DNA of 64,000 nt from a virus (taxonomy: Duplodnaviria > Caudoviricetes). Shown here piece after piece: positions 22,901 through 30,622 of the stretch. The stretch spans positions 539 through 64,538 of the IMG/VR virus record IMGVR_UViG_3300049825_000745; one strand, written 5' to 3'. The translations under genes and the position numbers were made by a program. Positions within the stretch are counted from its first letter, which is position 1. Each line of letters opens with the position of its first letter. The notes under the pieces are model-generated. The model did no database searches. It saw only the letters and a list, made by a program, of their open reading frames with translations, and was not told the DNA's origin.

Positions 22901-23167
22901 GACGATCTCAAAGCCAATGCAGGCTATGACAGCCCAATCGGAAATCGCGCCAATGGCGGTCCGGTTGGTGACTACGCTTCGGTGGTCAACAATCGCAGCT
23001 CTGCCAATAACCAATCTTCTATCAGTATCCCCATGAGTTTTTCTGTGGAGAGCAAGACGGATGAGGACGCGGCGAAGGCGATCGCTCCTGAGCTTCAAAA
23101 GCGCATGGAATATACCTTTAATGAGTTATGGCTGCAACAGCAGAGACAGAGAGGGGCGATCGCTTAG
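13913..23167 (+). CDS. Tape measure protein with M23 peptidase, glucosaminidase-like and alpha/beta-hydrolase-like domains
   Basis: 3084 aa; LGIASPAK and QALRKNKLQAEELYQVIEPLPG tape-measure motifs; HAGQDY...GGYGNY...HRE; ALIESHFG...YATDPQY; LTGSSGGA. Confidence 0.92.
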   Translation: MPVTLDTLLLEFAADFSQYDAAVNDAERRHMAAAKRLESAYSAVKPPNFSDLKVNVDLSQLHELNRLYNVVKPNDHKAFQRFLDANPLKVKTDTSQLVNAIALIKDLRGELTSLKSEASIQAKLTVTHQIDGRQVGDQIRSASKDGAEEYEKAIGKAFRDNRPSGGGVLGSLFSIPNAVIQGIGIQVGDRISRGFGKATDSSLEAFGRGLDKQINRAVQTMTIGLAKAGGYGSAKDFRKDADQTIDNLTNFSPQRVNRAIRKLEDNLVDVLESAVVDGDQAAVSAKLKKLQTEMLERPIEAAMNTAGAALRIGAQPFRIRKRVELSRTVKEAEGMVDEILQDMSEELKDQIRKAKGVTIATGGIDYQKGGENTYFSANLVRKLTPGNVTIPSPNTYSNDPSTLGTLYKARQAVFPGAPMPVDRLLRTAVETGRNPDAAKMLAQVMAVRKIAPDTPITLTGSSGGAALVEEVVGAVERAAIAKVKGVGLTLPGFDLTRTASKNNYKALVGSYDPIAVSAFGNLFNDGSENFLETQKKSIVPFPLTGLLTPGVATSVIPKAGLLHNLAKFLGREAVQTQFTEFTGTGQIDPGYTKGERSFSFANKLYDESQSIPRTIGVILGDLKALSEVAKGEYSFIDPGNPSYRRDNDFAAMSGNFEKLNVSGADVPEHEKFLAWLKTFKRELTAFYEMAGTHEGMMPKGLTDAAKQGQDFFKFRSGVFQPEYNAPLNIPNAPEKVYELATNGANAVSSALEKLSPVGDAAASVLSNVAQGLGNIAGDRLQKRVDNLRGEQTGQRGTAGELGKIAAQDIATVKQVGLQATEQVVKFADGTIKAGKAARDFVQGMISQGRTIQDLGDAVVEVSAELVSEFEGLGGMGAADIKLLTGAMAALKGEINSLPPLLPSADISKSEKEIQALVQTADRLYEVWDRLSKESSTVSLAQGGVFDINSLEKTLSIIGQIEHELNQARKLTNVKYTPEYEGLISQVRSVQAPLGRLKAGAYSGLRKNLSQVKEAADAGDDTAQGFIDGFGLKADVIASVANKAGKDFIAEMKSVLGIASPAKVTIEIGKQTVDGWEIGLEDLDDVWMRSLRSLNKAMKTGKIEDFSFTDVDRLSNSIKSQVQAGNQNIKVDLGLEDLDDVWIRSLRSLNKAIKTGKIEDFSFTDVDRLSNSIKSQVQAGNQNIKVDQFGTVLEDEKPKVQRTYREIGFEIGSKTKEGIDQAAPVVKKAITSLSDGIINQLRIVAPGITGFIEGIGLDLDKLKSLGAAGLTLTAGAVGVGLFGGKILEVANNTADAATEQNRYKRILDQTVAGGGASYYQKLVKQSNDLGNNLQNAVKSATAIETSIQNTALAGTGVEILSGFQSQFAAQGTPDQDQARALVGIGQALRKNKLQAEELYQVIEPLPGAMEALQAATGKTGAELFRATAAGEVFTEDVIQSWSDQLKIVSGLSGSSNTAEASMGRLNNQTYLLAANVGQMTNVVRKVGTDLFGGALSVANNNALLLDAMIATLTVSFGVGFVAALIKAGATLFALTATSAVTQSALAGVATGLGTIATIAAPVTAAALAIAGGFALWELTKPSDDVEKLANNVKRLTDRLKELEAQRRKVDNPTIVKPTVQNLSLPLSGTVDPAAGYRDAFNDLASGKVKEDASKAKLDETLQRFSNGISESSSFLSDLKSNEKDLLNIKKLSLEIIELQGKSNVSKYEGDTNKTTKYNDQITVLTKQLGTIKNSSQLTEQKTILQGLIAESDKYIATQQSSSDPSSKFNIAKATEYKDKLKSIYEELNKIDGLSNTSLQKINVGIENKVLQADRLLKLKQDTELRIEAENIKQFGGSGTQDQVQLGVLKAKQQIRRLDDTAQQFRSYLEAYNKALKAITPKDKSDLASALASKGVTLESATKSDLEAAIKVLEAGDRKPSESLKTFVNSAAIAKKTAEDSLLQGAKERAQAVQDEAASQKALNDAQVDYARTIRDSNYELTKAISDHSRELKRAYEDTILETKKLQLEALNLSRNNNIRSRIQSTAGDFTDQLVGSIQQFLDQVNEAMSIKLEGAGARQGIDRKIQDLITTEEKWERDIAKQQEGLSDAVATQQGTPKNFADFSAKLGAITMPHDHNYGVGRAGGSRQHAGQDYDISGNQEVYAGVSGVVTKVGTDPGGYGNYIDIFNNQLKVVERIAEAATLLVKVGDKIVPGQLVGRGESETGVIHREIRTDFNSAGQGGYGFKGTVDPREFYKKHLPALFAESQNKADFRFAPGALNEEILAKINKFIEQYAPSSRLRGGDFAAASSASGVSIDALVTQALIESHFGTTGRAAYTKNPLNYGNDDEGNDKYFDSFRDGLIHAAKALKKDFFVSTPESFMGRGFKGRYGIYATDPQYLSKYKSALGLVRSAIGTPSSGAGGGAGYTDSGVVYQPDNSTVIGATANQLEAQKTAQSQLARLKAQKSTLDADATGRGIIRTLKDQITAELQASNTAQSSAQQRRDSILVQTPVTQVYGQLSQKTFADDSELIQKQRDLQKKQEDLAANNRLVTLLQGKLNAPNVPANFKTSYTEIIKLTGERNAKLKELIPTLQEEIETIKDTSPLRTFTRELRIAADSQISSAESVMSQLSQFNDQLRLPGAIDLAQTTRALSSQYRSLKESTLQQNEAYTASIQKTLELEAAQRKLGNLDAAAALKQQAERLAESALEFQSAANALTPAAEQVAIANAKLDALYKMRLDARKFVDALGAQDSTNLGLQAQIYEGAGDTYSANAIKRQVELMSKQKEISDRLLENENEIAKLRNKDSLTGDINSPLDAFGALGAGSQIEALEATNQKLREMMSLTEELAAQSFPTFEETMERTFAESGGGAVKEFFNSLNSGKGILESLGGAFSSMANTIIQKVLEMVSQIVQSKLLDLIKGLFGGGGLGNLGGFSGVTGVSFTSIPGFYSGGPVVGNLAGGGPVDLGLSAIKALDKERQRNGGQRVGLFALTHGEEVLDPKNAAFYRAIEANGIWDDLKANAGYDSPIGNRANGGPVGDYASVVNNRSSANNQSSISIPMSFSVESKTDEDAAKAIAPELQKRMEYTFNELWLQQQRQRGAIA
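17142..17471 (+). repeat. In-frame tandem duplication, 2 x 165 bp, inside tape measure
   Basis: Copies at 17142-17306 and 17307-17471; two substitutions seen, both Met to Ile. Confidence 0.95.
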
Positions 23168-23171
23168 ACAA

Positions 23172-23199
23172 AAAACACCGCCTTAATATTAAGGCGGTG
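23172..23199. terminator. Hairpin between convergent genes
   Basis: CACCGCCTTAA-ta-TTAAGGCGGTG preceded by an A-run (U-tract on minus strand). Confidence 0.7.
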
Positions 23200-23230
23200 G
23201 CAGAGAGATAAAACGTCAAGCACTCCTGAA

Positions 23231-23503
23231 CTATACAGGATCCACAGTCGCGGGGTCTACGGTGGGCACTGACTCAACAGCGCTGCCACTAACAAAAATC
23301 CCCATGATGTCATTCTTCGATGCAATTAATTCATCCAAAATTGGTTGCAGGTCGGGAGCCGCTGGAGATGCCGCGATCGCCGCTTCCAATTCAGCCACTT
23401 TATTCTCAAGGGTGACAAATGCCGCCCTAACTTCGGCTTTTTCTTGGATTGCAGCGTTACGAACCGCCGCGACTTCCGCCAAAACATCCTGAATATTAGT
23501 CAT
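23231..23503 (-). CDS. Small coiled-coil protein
   Basis: MTNIQDVLAEV...; AAGGA RBS upstream of ATG at 23503. Confidence 0.6.
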   Translation of the reverse strand: MTNIQDVLAEVAAVRNAAIQEKAEVRAAFVTLENKVAELEAAIAASPAAPDLQPILDELIASKNDIMGIFVSGSAVESVPTVDPATVDPV

Positions 23504-23620
23504 TGTTTTTTCCTTGAATTGGGATAAATCTTCATACAGCGCTTGAATCTGGAGCTTTGTCGTCCAGCATCCAAACGATAACCAGTTGGCCATGAATCGC
23601 CTCAACGCACAGTCTTCAGT

Positions 23621-23944
23621 CTACCGTTCTTTAGCAAAAGAAGGGACTCCGGCTTCTGCGTTGATGCGACTCATTTGCATTGTTTTCTCTGTTACTGACC
23701 GCAAAATTTCCCAACTGTCATCGTTTGCCTGCCCTCGGGTATCGCGCAACACCTTGAGCGCCCTCTGTTCTTCCTGTAGCAGTTTTTCGGTTAATTTTAT
23801 GTTTGATCGGCGACCCAAGCTGATGTCCACCTCCTCGGGCGTAATTGGACGCAACTGCTCGTAGGCGATCACGTAGACGATTGCGGAGCTAAGCACCGCC
23901 GCAATACCCAGCCCTAAGCAAATATTTTTCTTCGTTAATGGCAT
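23621..23944 (-). CDS. Small membrane-anchored protein
   Basis: N-terminal hydrophobic helix ICLGLGIAAVLSSAIVYVIAY. Confidence 0.6.
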   Translation of the reverse strand: MPLTKKNICLGLGIAAVLSSAIVYVIAYEQLRPITPEEVDISLGRRSNIKLTEKLLQEEQRALKVLRDTRGQANDDSWEILRSVTEKTMQMSRINAEAGVPSFAKER

Positions 23945-23945
23945 A

Positions 23946-24194
23946 ATGTTTTCAGCTCTCTACAATCTTAGATTACCCAAAAACATGGCAATCTTTCCCG
24001 CTGACGTAATTAAATCTCTTGACGATCATAATTACCCTAAAGACACTGACCTATATAAGGCAATTCAGTCGCTGCCAGAAATTGGCGTAGGCGAAGATTA
24101 TCCCCAAGCCTGCATGATTGAGCTGCTGAAGGCTTTTCCTCTGCCTGAAGTAAAGCCCGAGGCAAAATCTTCTAAATCTGCGCAAAATGGATGA
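23946..24194 (+). CDS. Hypothetical protein
   Basis: ORF overlapping the start of the gpK-like gene; true start likely internal (MAIFP). Confidence 0.45.
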   Translation: MFSALYNLRLPKNMAIFPADVIKSLDDHNYPKDTDLYKAIQSLPEIGVGEDYPQACMIELLKAFPLPEVKPEAKSSKSAQNG

Positions 24195-24963
24195 TTTACT
24201 GAGGGTCCAGTTTATTGAGCAAGCGATCACCGCTCATCCAGAAGAGGCGATCGCCGTTTGGGTGCGCTCAATCGACGGGACAGAGCAGCTAAAGCCCATT
24301 GAGAGCCTAATCAAAAATGGCGGGGAAGATTTAGCTATCAGCACCTCTGATATTGCCGAGGCAGTCGGAGACGGCGAACTATTGGCATTGGTGCATAGCC
24401 ACACTAATGGGCAACCTGAGGCCAGCATGGTGGACAAGTTGAGCTGTGAGCGCATGGGAGTACCGTGGCATATTCTATGCTTGCCTCAGCAGACATGGGA
24501 GGTCTACTCCCCTAGTGGGTATATCCCCCCGTTGGATGGACGAGACTGGAGCTATCCAGTGATGGACTGTTACGCGCTCATCCGTGATGCCTATCGCCAG
24601 TTGGGGATAATCCTTAAGGATTATCCAAGGGATCCGCTGTATTATAAGAACGAAGCGGGAAAACAGCGATACTGCTGGCACCAAGCAGGATGGCGAAAGT
24701 TTGAGGAATATTTTGAGGATGCAGGGTTTGTAGAAGTCAATGACCCACGGCCTTACGATCTGCTAATAATGCAGATGCGCTGTGTCAATCGCAACCATGC
24801 AGGGCTACTGCTAAGAGGCGGGGAAGTATTGCACCATGTTCTAGGTCAAAAGAGTAGGAAGCAACTATGGGACGGCGATCTAAGGCAAAGCACCACGCTA
24901 ATACTGCGACACTCCCTGTTATCCGAGACGGTCGCGTTGACGAGAGATTTGCAGCTTTATTAA
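24187..24963 (+). CDS. Tail assembly protein K-like (JAB/MPN + NlpC/P60)
   Basis: VHSHT...S..D JAMM motif; DCYALIRD...NHAG...LHH. Confidence 0.9.
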   Translation: MDDLLRVQFIEQAITAHPEEAIAVWVRSIDGTEQLKPIESLIKNGGEDLAISTSDIAEAVGDGELLALVHSHTNGQPEASMVDKLSCERMGVPWHILCLPQQTWEVYSPSGYIPPLDGRDWSYPVMDCYALIRDAYRQLGIILKDYPRDPLYYKNEAGKQRYCWHQAGWRKFEEYFEDAGFVEVNDPRPYDLLIMQMRCVNRNHAGLLLRGGEVLHHVLGQKSRKQLWDGDLRQSTTLILRHSLLSETVALTRDLQLY

Positions 24964-25598
24964 GTGGCGATCGCATCTCTGCGCCACGACCAATCACCCT
25001 CAAAGTTTCTGGATCACTTGCGATTTTCATGGGTGGGAGTGAGTTTGTTTTTTATGGTCGCACCTGTGGAGATGCGGTTAAATTTATTGAGGCGAATTTT
25101 GCGCACTTTGCCACCTGGGTACGCCATGAAGAAGAGTTTGGACGAATCCATGTCTACAAAGTGGATGGGCGTTATGTTTCGCTGGCAGGGCTGAATCACG
25201 GCGTTGCACGTGAGATTGAGATTGTAGAGGCAATCCCAGGCTCTGGAGGGCTGGGAAAGATTTTGATCGGAGCGGCATTAATTGGGAGTGCTTTTATCCC
25301 TGGCTTACCTGTCCTCACCGTTGGGGCGTCATCGATCGCGCTTAGTTCAGTGGCGCTCAGTATAGGGCTATCGTTACTATTGGGCGGCATTGCTTCATTG
25401 CTCACGCCTAAGAAAGGTGGCAGCACGTCCAGCACAAGCCTAGGGGGATCTCTTAGTACCACGCCGCAAGGTCGAGCGATTCCTGTGGCATTTGGTGAGT
25501 GCTATATTAATCTAAAAGCAACTGGGATTGTGCTGTCTGCGGGCGTTGATGTCCAAGATATTGCAGCGGGGGGTGGTAAAGGTGGTAAAGGTAAATAA
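24867..25598 (+). CDS. Tail assembly protein I-like (start uncertain)
   Basis: GSGGLGKILIGAALI, GLSLLLGGIASLLTP, QGRAIPVAFGE. Confidence 0.85.
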   Translation: MGRRSKAKHHANTATLPVIRDGRVDERFAALLSGDRISAPRPITLKVSGSLAIFMGGSEFVFYGRTCGDAVKFIEANFAHFATWVRHEEEFGRIHVYKVDGRYVSLAGLNHGVAREIEIVEAIPGSGGLGKILIGAALIGSAFIPGLPVLTVGASSIALSSVALSIGLSLLLGGIASLLTPKKGGSTSSTSLGGSLSTTPQGRAIPVAFGECYINLKATGIVLSAGVDVQDIAAGGGKGGKGK

Positions 25599-28084
25599 TG
25601 CCCATTCCAACGCTTGAAGAACAATTTATCCGCGTAGCAGGGGGCGGCGGTGGCAAGTTTGGCAAAGGCGGAGAGGCCCCCGATACACTACGATCTGAAG
25701 CAACTCTGACCGCAGATATTGCTATCTCCGAAGGGCCTCTTTTGGGGTATAGCAGCACAGAAGAATTAGAAAAGTCGGTCTACCTCAACAAAACGCCGCT
25801 ACGAAATCAAGACGGCACCCGAAATTTCAAGAATTGTCAGGCATTTTTTGCCCCAGGCACTCAAGACCAAGATGAGATACCAGGGTTTGCAGGAAAAAAT
25901 GAAAGTGATTTTGACGTGGCGCAGTCGATTCGCAAAGACCAAGGTCCAGTCGTCCGCTATATCAATGATGAGTCAGCGAATGCCATGCGGATAACGCTGG
26001 CGTTACCAGGATTAGTTGAGCAGAAAAGTTCGAAAGTTGGCGGATCAACTATTGACCTTGATGTCAAAATTACTGATGGGTTGGGAGCTGTCCTAACAAA
26101 GGATCCTAACGACGATCCAGGTTTTTACCGTTGGACGATTAGCGGCAAAAGTACCAGTCAATACGAACAAGATCGGCTATTCCAACTTAGTGGAAATGTC
26201 CCTTATAAAGTCGAAATTGTTCGCATTACCGCAGATTCTACCGACTCCAAAGTACGGAACGATTGCACTTGGTCGCGTTATACCCTGATCAATTTTGACC
26301 GATTCAGGCACCCCTACCTTGGGCGATTGGGCCTAATAATTTCATCCAAAGACTTTACGGGAATCCCTGAAATTGGGATTCGTGGCAAGTGGCTAATGTG
26401 CTCGCTGCCACACAACTACAATCCAACCACGCGAACCTATTCAGGTATTTTTGACGGGCGATTTAGCGGGTATGGATGGACAAATAACCCAGCCTATATC
26501 CTTCGGGAATTTATGACCAATTCTCGTTTTGGGGTAGGCGATCAAATTGATCCGACAATCCATGACAATTTCAGCCTTTACAAAATTGGGAAGTACTGCG
26601 ACGAAACGGTTAAAGGCGCGTTTGGAGAAGACGACCCGCGATTTGTGCTGAATGGCGTAATGACCGACAAAGACGACGCGGACAAGCACCTTACTAAGCT
26701 TTTCGAGCATATTCAAGCGCTTTGGTTTTACGCTGAGGGGTCAATCCACTACCTACAGGATACGCCCAGAGAAATCAGCCGGATTTATACAGAAGCAAAT
26801 ACCCTACAAGATAGGGACGCACAGGGCCGCATCACGCGACCCTGCTTTGAGTACGAAGGGACGTCTCGGAAGGCTCGCCATAACGCCGTTACAATCCGGT
26901 TCCGCAATAAACAGAACTATCATCAAACAGATACTGCCTATTATGCCGATGAGGGGCTGATTGTCCGCAACAAAAAAGTCAGTAAAGAGGAAGATCGCCC
27001 TTACTGCGACTCTTTGGGACAGGCGCTGAGAGAGGCCAAGCACTTAGTTTTGACAGAAAAATACCAGACTCAAACCGTCAAATTCAGGGTAGGCTCTGAA
27101 GGCTTATTGACCAATCCTGGCGAGGTAGTGGCGATCGCAGACCCAGTAAAACAACAGGGTCGCTACGGGGGTCGGATTGCATCAGTTTCTGCGGATCTCA
27201 GAACAGTCCGTCTTGATGCACCTGTTGCCCTCAGGGCGGGCCGTAATTACTCACTGAGCGTTGATAGCTGTAAACAAACCATTACCTGTAATTTGTCACA
27301 GGTGGGGGCCTCAACACGCCTTGTTACTGGGACAGGGTTCACGTTTGCGCTGCTCAAAGCGCGGGTAGGAACTGCTACTGTTACGCAGGTTTTGTCCCTC
27401 ACTGAACTGACGCTATCAGGAGATCCTGGGCTAGGAAGCGGAGCGGCGATCGCCGTAGACTTCTTGATCGACAACCTCCAAATGACTCGCGCCGTCATCA
27501 CCCCATCTGGGACAATCGACACCCTGACTCTGGTTAGCCCACTGGCAGGAATGCCGCCAAACCAAGGCGGGTGGGTGCTGTCTGACAACGTGCAGCCCTT
27601 GGCAACCTATCAGATTATCTCAATAAACAAGATTTCAGATAGCGAGTATGAGCTGTCAGGAGTTGAGTATTCCTTAAAGAAATTTGAAGAACTAGAATCG
27701 TTTGGAGATCCGCCTGAAGTCACCCGTCAGCTTGTTCCGCCCAGTATTGAGGCGATCAAGACCTCAGTTTATAACGACGAGCTGATCGTCGGGTGGAATG
27801 CTGCCAAGATTGTTGAGAATAGCGCAACTATTGAGAACCCTAATAACACAGGGTACGTGGTGAGATACCGTACAGAGCGCGATAACTGGACCACAATGCC
27901 CCAAACCAATATTCCAAGCGCAATCATCTATCCGGTGCGAACGGACGAAGCCTACGAGGTGCAAGTTGCGGTGTTGGACGTTTACGGGGCACCGCACTAT
28001 AGCGATATTATAGATTCTGGCACGGTGAGTTCGCCAGATAACTTTGCGATCGCCCATAACGAATATACTTTGATGGAGTTCTAG
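25598..28084 (+). CDS. Tail tip / host specificity protein J-like
   Basis: ISEGP..G, SVYLNKTP, PGTQDQ, WTNNPAY, YCDE.V, PRFVLNG; C-terminal FN3-like segment. Confidence 0.92.
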   Translation: MPIPTLEEQFIRVAGGGGGKFGKGGEAPDTLRSEATLTADIAISEGPLLGYSSTEELEKSVYLNKTPLRNQDGTRNFKNCQAFFAPGTQDQDEIPGFAGKNESDFDVAQSIRKDQGPVVRYINDESANAMRITLALPGLVEQKSSKVGGSTIDLDVKITDGLGAVLTKDPNDDPGFYRWTISGKSTSQYEQDRLFQLSGNVPYKVEIVRITADSTDSKVRNDCTWSRYTLINFDRFRHPYLGRLGLIISSKDFTGIPEIGIRGKWLMCSLPHNYNPTTRTYSGIFDGRFSGYGWTNNPAYILREFMTNSRFGVGDQIDPTIHDNFSLYKIGKYCDETVKGAFGEDDPRFVLNGVMTDKDDADKHLTKLFEHIQALWFYAEGSIHYLQDTPREISRIYTEANTLQDRDAQGRITRPCFEYEGTSRKARHNAVTIRFRNKQNYHQTDTAYYADEGLIVRNKKVSKEEDRPYCDSLGQALREAKHLVLTEKYQTQTVKFRVGSEGLLTNPGEVVAIADPVKQQGRYGGRIASVSADLRTVRLDAPVALRAGRNYSLSVDSCKQTITCNLSQVGASTRLVTGTGFTFALLKARVGTATVTQVLSLTELTLSGDPGLGSGAAIAVDFLIDNLQMTRAVITPSGTIDTLTLVSPLAGMPPNQGGWVLSDNVQPLATYQIISINKISDSEYELSGVEYSLKKFEELESFGDPPEVTRQLVPPSIEAIKTSVYNDELIVGWNAAKIVENSATIENPNNTGYVVRYRTERDNWTTMPQTNIPSAIIYPVRTDEAYEVQVAVLDVYGAPHYSDIIDSGTVSSPDNFAIAHNEYTLMEF

Positions 28085-28087
28085 ATA

Positions 28088-28495
28088 ATGGCCTTTCAGA
28101 CAATTTCAGGCAGCGATCGCAGCAACAACCCCGTTAATGTTGCGGCATCGGTCAACGCAGCAGGGCAAGTTTTTCGGGGCGTGGACGTATTCTCCCCTGA
28201 TCTGAAGGTGCTGCACAAACAATTAACCGCGTCAGGCGCTGTTATTCCCGCAGTCGCAGGCCAAATTATTTATGTGGAAGGGATTATCCTTTCCAGTCCC
28301 ACAGCCGGGACAGTGCAGTTTAGTTCGATTGGACCCAGCACAACGCTTGCACCCGCGATCGTCCACCTACAATCACAAACGCCGCTTGTCTTGAGCGTAG
28401 CCCCGCTGTTTATTGCGCCAGTCGGAGAGGCTTTTGGCATAAGCCTCTCTGGGATTGCTAGTCTAGGGGTTATTGTTCAGTATCGGATGCTTTAA
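28088..28495 (+). CDS. Hypothetical virion protein
   Basis: Coupled to J; beta-rich. Confidence 0.5.
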   Translation: MAFQTISGSDRSNNPVNVAASVNAAGQVFRGVDVFSPDLKVLHKQLTASGAVIPAVAGQIIYVEGIILSSPTAGTVQFSSIGPSTTLAPAIVHLQSQTPLVLSVAPLFIAPVGEAFGISLSGIASLGVIVQYRML

Positions 28496-28842
28496 TCAAT
28501 AATGCCCTTATAGCTCTCAATCGTCATGCTCAGACTGGCATGAGAACTTTTAGGCTGCCATTGAATTTTCTGGGGCCGAATCCAATAATAATCAGCCCGC
28601 GCACCATTGGGCTTATTGCGCCAAGCAAACCCGCTGCCATAGGTGGACTCAAGTAAATCCAATAATTTACGAGCGTCCTTTGCAGGCAAAGGTTTTGTGG
28701 TGATCTGCCAAACCTCCATGTCAGGGTTAATGCCAGCGGGCGCACTGGCGATATAACCATCTCCGTACTGCGCTTCGCTGACCGTGCGGGTTAGATCGCC
28801 TGTATTGGAGTTGCGAAGGTAGGGAATTTTAAGGATTAGCAT
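28492..28842 (-). CDS. Minor tail protein M-like (distal tail)
   Basis: AQYGDGY....PAGINP..EVW....F.W signature of the lambda gpM family. Confidence 0.8.
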   Translation of the reverse strand: MLILKIPYLRNSNTGDLTRTVSEAQYGDGYIASAPAGINPDMEVWQITTKPLPAKDARKLLDLLESTYGSGFAWRNKPNGARADYYWIRPQKIQWQPKSSHASLSMTIESYKGIID

Positions 28843-28876
28843 TAGAATTAGTCTTAGTACTCAAATATTAGCATTT

Positions 28877-30565
28877 GTGCCCTTAAACACAGGCGAATTA
28901 GCAGGCTTAAATAGAAACGCAGAGGTTTATCTCTACGTCCTAAACCTATCTCTGTTTGGCGAGGATGAGCCGATCCGGTTCACCCGTGAGCTATATCCAG
29001 ACGGCTCCTTGGTTTCGTTTGGGGGCCACCCTTATACGGCGATCGCCATTAAGCTCGAAGGCCAAAAAACTGACGCTCGCAATCAACTTGCAACACCGAC
29101 CCTAACCATTGGCGAAGTTTTTGATGAGAGCCATCAACTTTTGATCGGTTCGTTTGTGGCTCGCTATGACGATCTAGTTGGGGCCACACTCAGAGAAACC
29201 GTCACCTTTGCGCGGCATCTAGACGCGGGGGGCGAACCGGATCCATTGGCGGTAATCCGTAGCGAAATCTACACGATTGAGCGCAAAAAGTCAGGCTCTC
29301 GAATTGCTTACGTTTTTGAGTTGTCTACGGGCAACAACCTCCAAGGGGCAAAGCTTCCGCAGCGGGAAGTGACAAATAACTGTTCTTGGAAACGGTACCG
29401 AGGGGACGGGTGCGCCTATAACGGCTCTCCCATCGAGGATATTGACGGAAGCCCGCTCATCCCAGTGCGCCTTACAAGCTGCACTTTGAACGGACGGACC
29501 ATCAGCCAACCCAGTATTGGGATTAGCGATATTCGATCCGGTGATGCCGTTGTAGGGGCAGGCATCCCGAGCGGGACAGTGGTAACAAATGTCGCCCCAG
29601 ACGGCCTATCGTTGCGGGTTAGTAATGATTTGGCACCTGGGGTTACTATTTGCTGGTTTGCTCACGAGTTTTGCCCAAGACTGCGAATTAACTGTAAGCG
29701 GCGGTTTGGCGTTGAGCGCAGAGCCGTCGTGACTCCTGGGCTAAATATCCTGACTTCTCCCACCACTAAGCGCGGGCAATGGGCTGGGATGGTTGGGCAT
29801 TTTCTTCATTGCAACAACTTAGCTGCGGGTCTGCCCGTGGCGCGCAGAATTGATGCAGTGTTGCCATCGTTGCCCGTAACAATCTCCGCTTTCTCCTTTC
29901 AGCTTTCTGGGGCCGAAAAGCGCTGGATTTTCACCTGTACCGCAGTCCCCAGCGCTGGGTCTACGGTTGAAATCACGGGGGTGCATCTATTGGTGGACGG
30001 CACCTATACGCTGGCCTCAGATAGTTTCGCGGGGGTTGGGGCCAATCAGTTTGCCGTATTAGCCAAGGCCCAAGATCTTTTGCAAATCACGGGGTCAACG
30101 CTATCGACTGAAATCAAAACCGAAAAACCCCATCAATTGGTGACGGGGGATGCAATTTATATTGCCGGGACCAACGTTGCAAACAGCTTTGATATTAACG
30201 GAAACAGGTCGGTCGCATCTGTTCTTTCCCCTGATAGATTTTCTTTGGGGTATGGCGGCGCGACACCGTATTCCTATCGCGATCGCCCTAAATATTCTGA
30301 TCCAGAATACATGACCCGTTATAAGCTGGGGAGCACTGTCCTAAATACCGTGAAAGCGGTGAACGCTGAAGGGGTGCTGTATTTTGCTCAGTCGTTAACC
30401 CCAAGCGCGGCAACCTATACCGTTCTGAATGATCGTGTTCAACTTGATCAACCTATCGACGCTAGTGCGATCGCGGGGGAATATGCGGTAATCGTAGGGG
30501 GCAAAAAACACAGTGGATTGCTCAATTTTGGCGGACAGCCAGGGGCAAGCGTCGTTAATTTCTAG
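28877..30565 (+). CDS. Minor tail protein L-like with inserted beta domains
   Basis: PTLTI, DDLVGA...TFARHLD, FELS, LPQR....CSW.RYRGDGCAYNG, C....NCKRRFG, LNFGGQPG. Confidence 0.85.
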   Translation: MPLNTGELAGLNRNAEVYLYVLNLSLFGEDEPIRFTRELYPDGSLVSFGGHPYTAIAIKLEGQKTDARNQLATPTLTIGEVFDESHQLLIGSFVARYDDLVGATLRETVTFARHLDAGGEPDPLAVIRSEIYTIERKKSGSRIAYVFELSTGNNLQGAKLPQREVTNNCSWKRYRGDGCAYNGSPIEDIDGSPLIPVRLTSCTLNGRTISQPSIGISDIRSGDAVVGAGIPSGTVVTNVAPDGLSLRVSNDLAPGVTICWFAHEFCPRLRINCKRRFGVERRAVVTPGLNILTSPTTKRGQWAGMVGHFLHCNNLAAGLPVARRIDAVLPSLPVTISAFSFQLSGAEKRWIFTCTAVPSAGSTVEITGVHLLVDGTYTLASDSFAGVGANQFAVLAKAQDLLQITGSTLSTEIKTEKPHQLVTGDAIYIAGTNVANSFDINGNRSVASVLSPDRFSLGYGGATPYSYRDRPKYSDPEYMTRYKLGSTVLNTVKAVNAEGVLYFAQSLTPSAATYTVLNDRVQLDQPIDASAIAGEYAVIVGGKKHSGLLNFGGQPGASVVNF

Positions 30566-30622
30566 CGGGTTTGTAGTTTAATATAAACGGCGGGTTGATT
30601 TTAAAATACCGGGAAAAGATCG

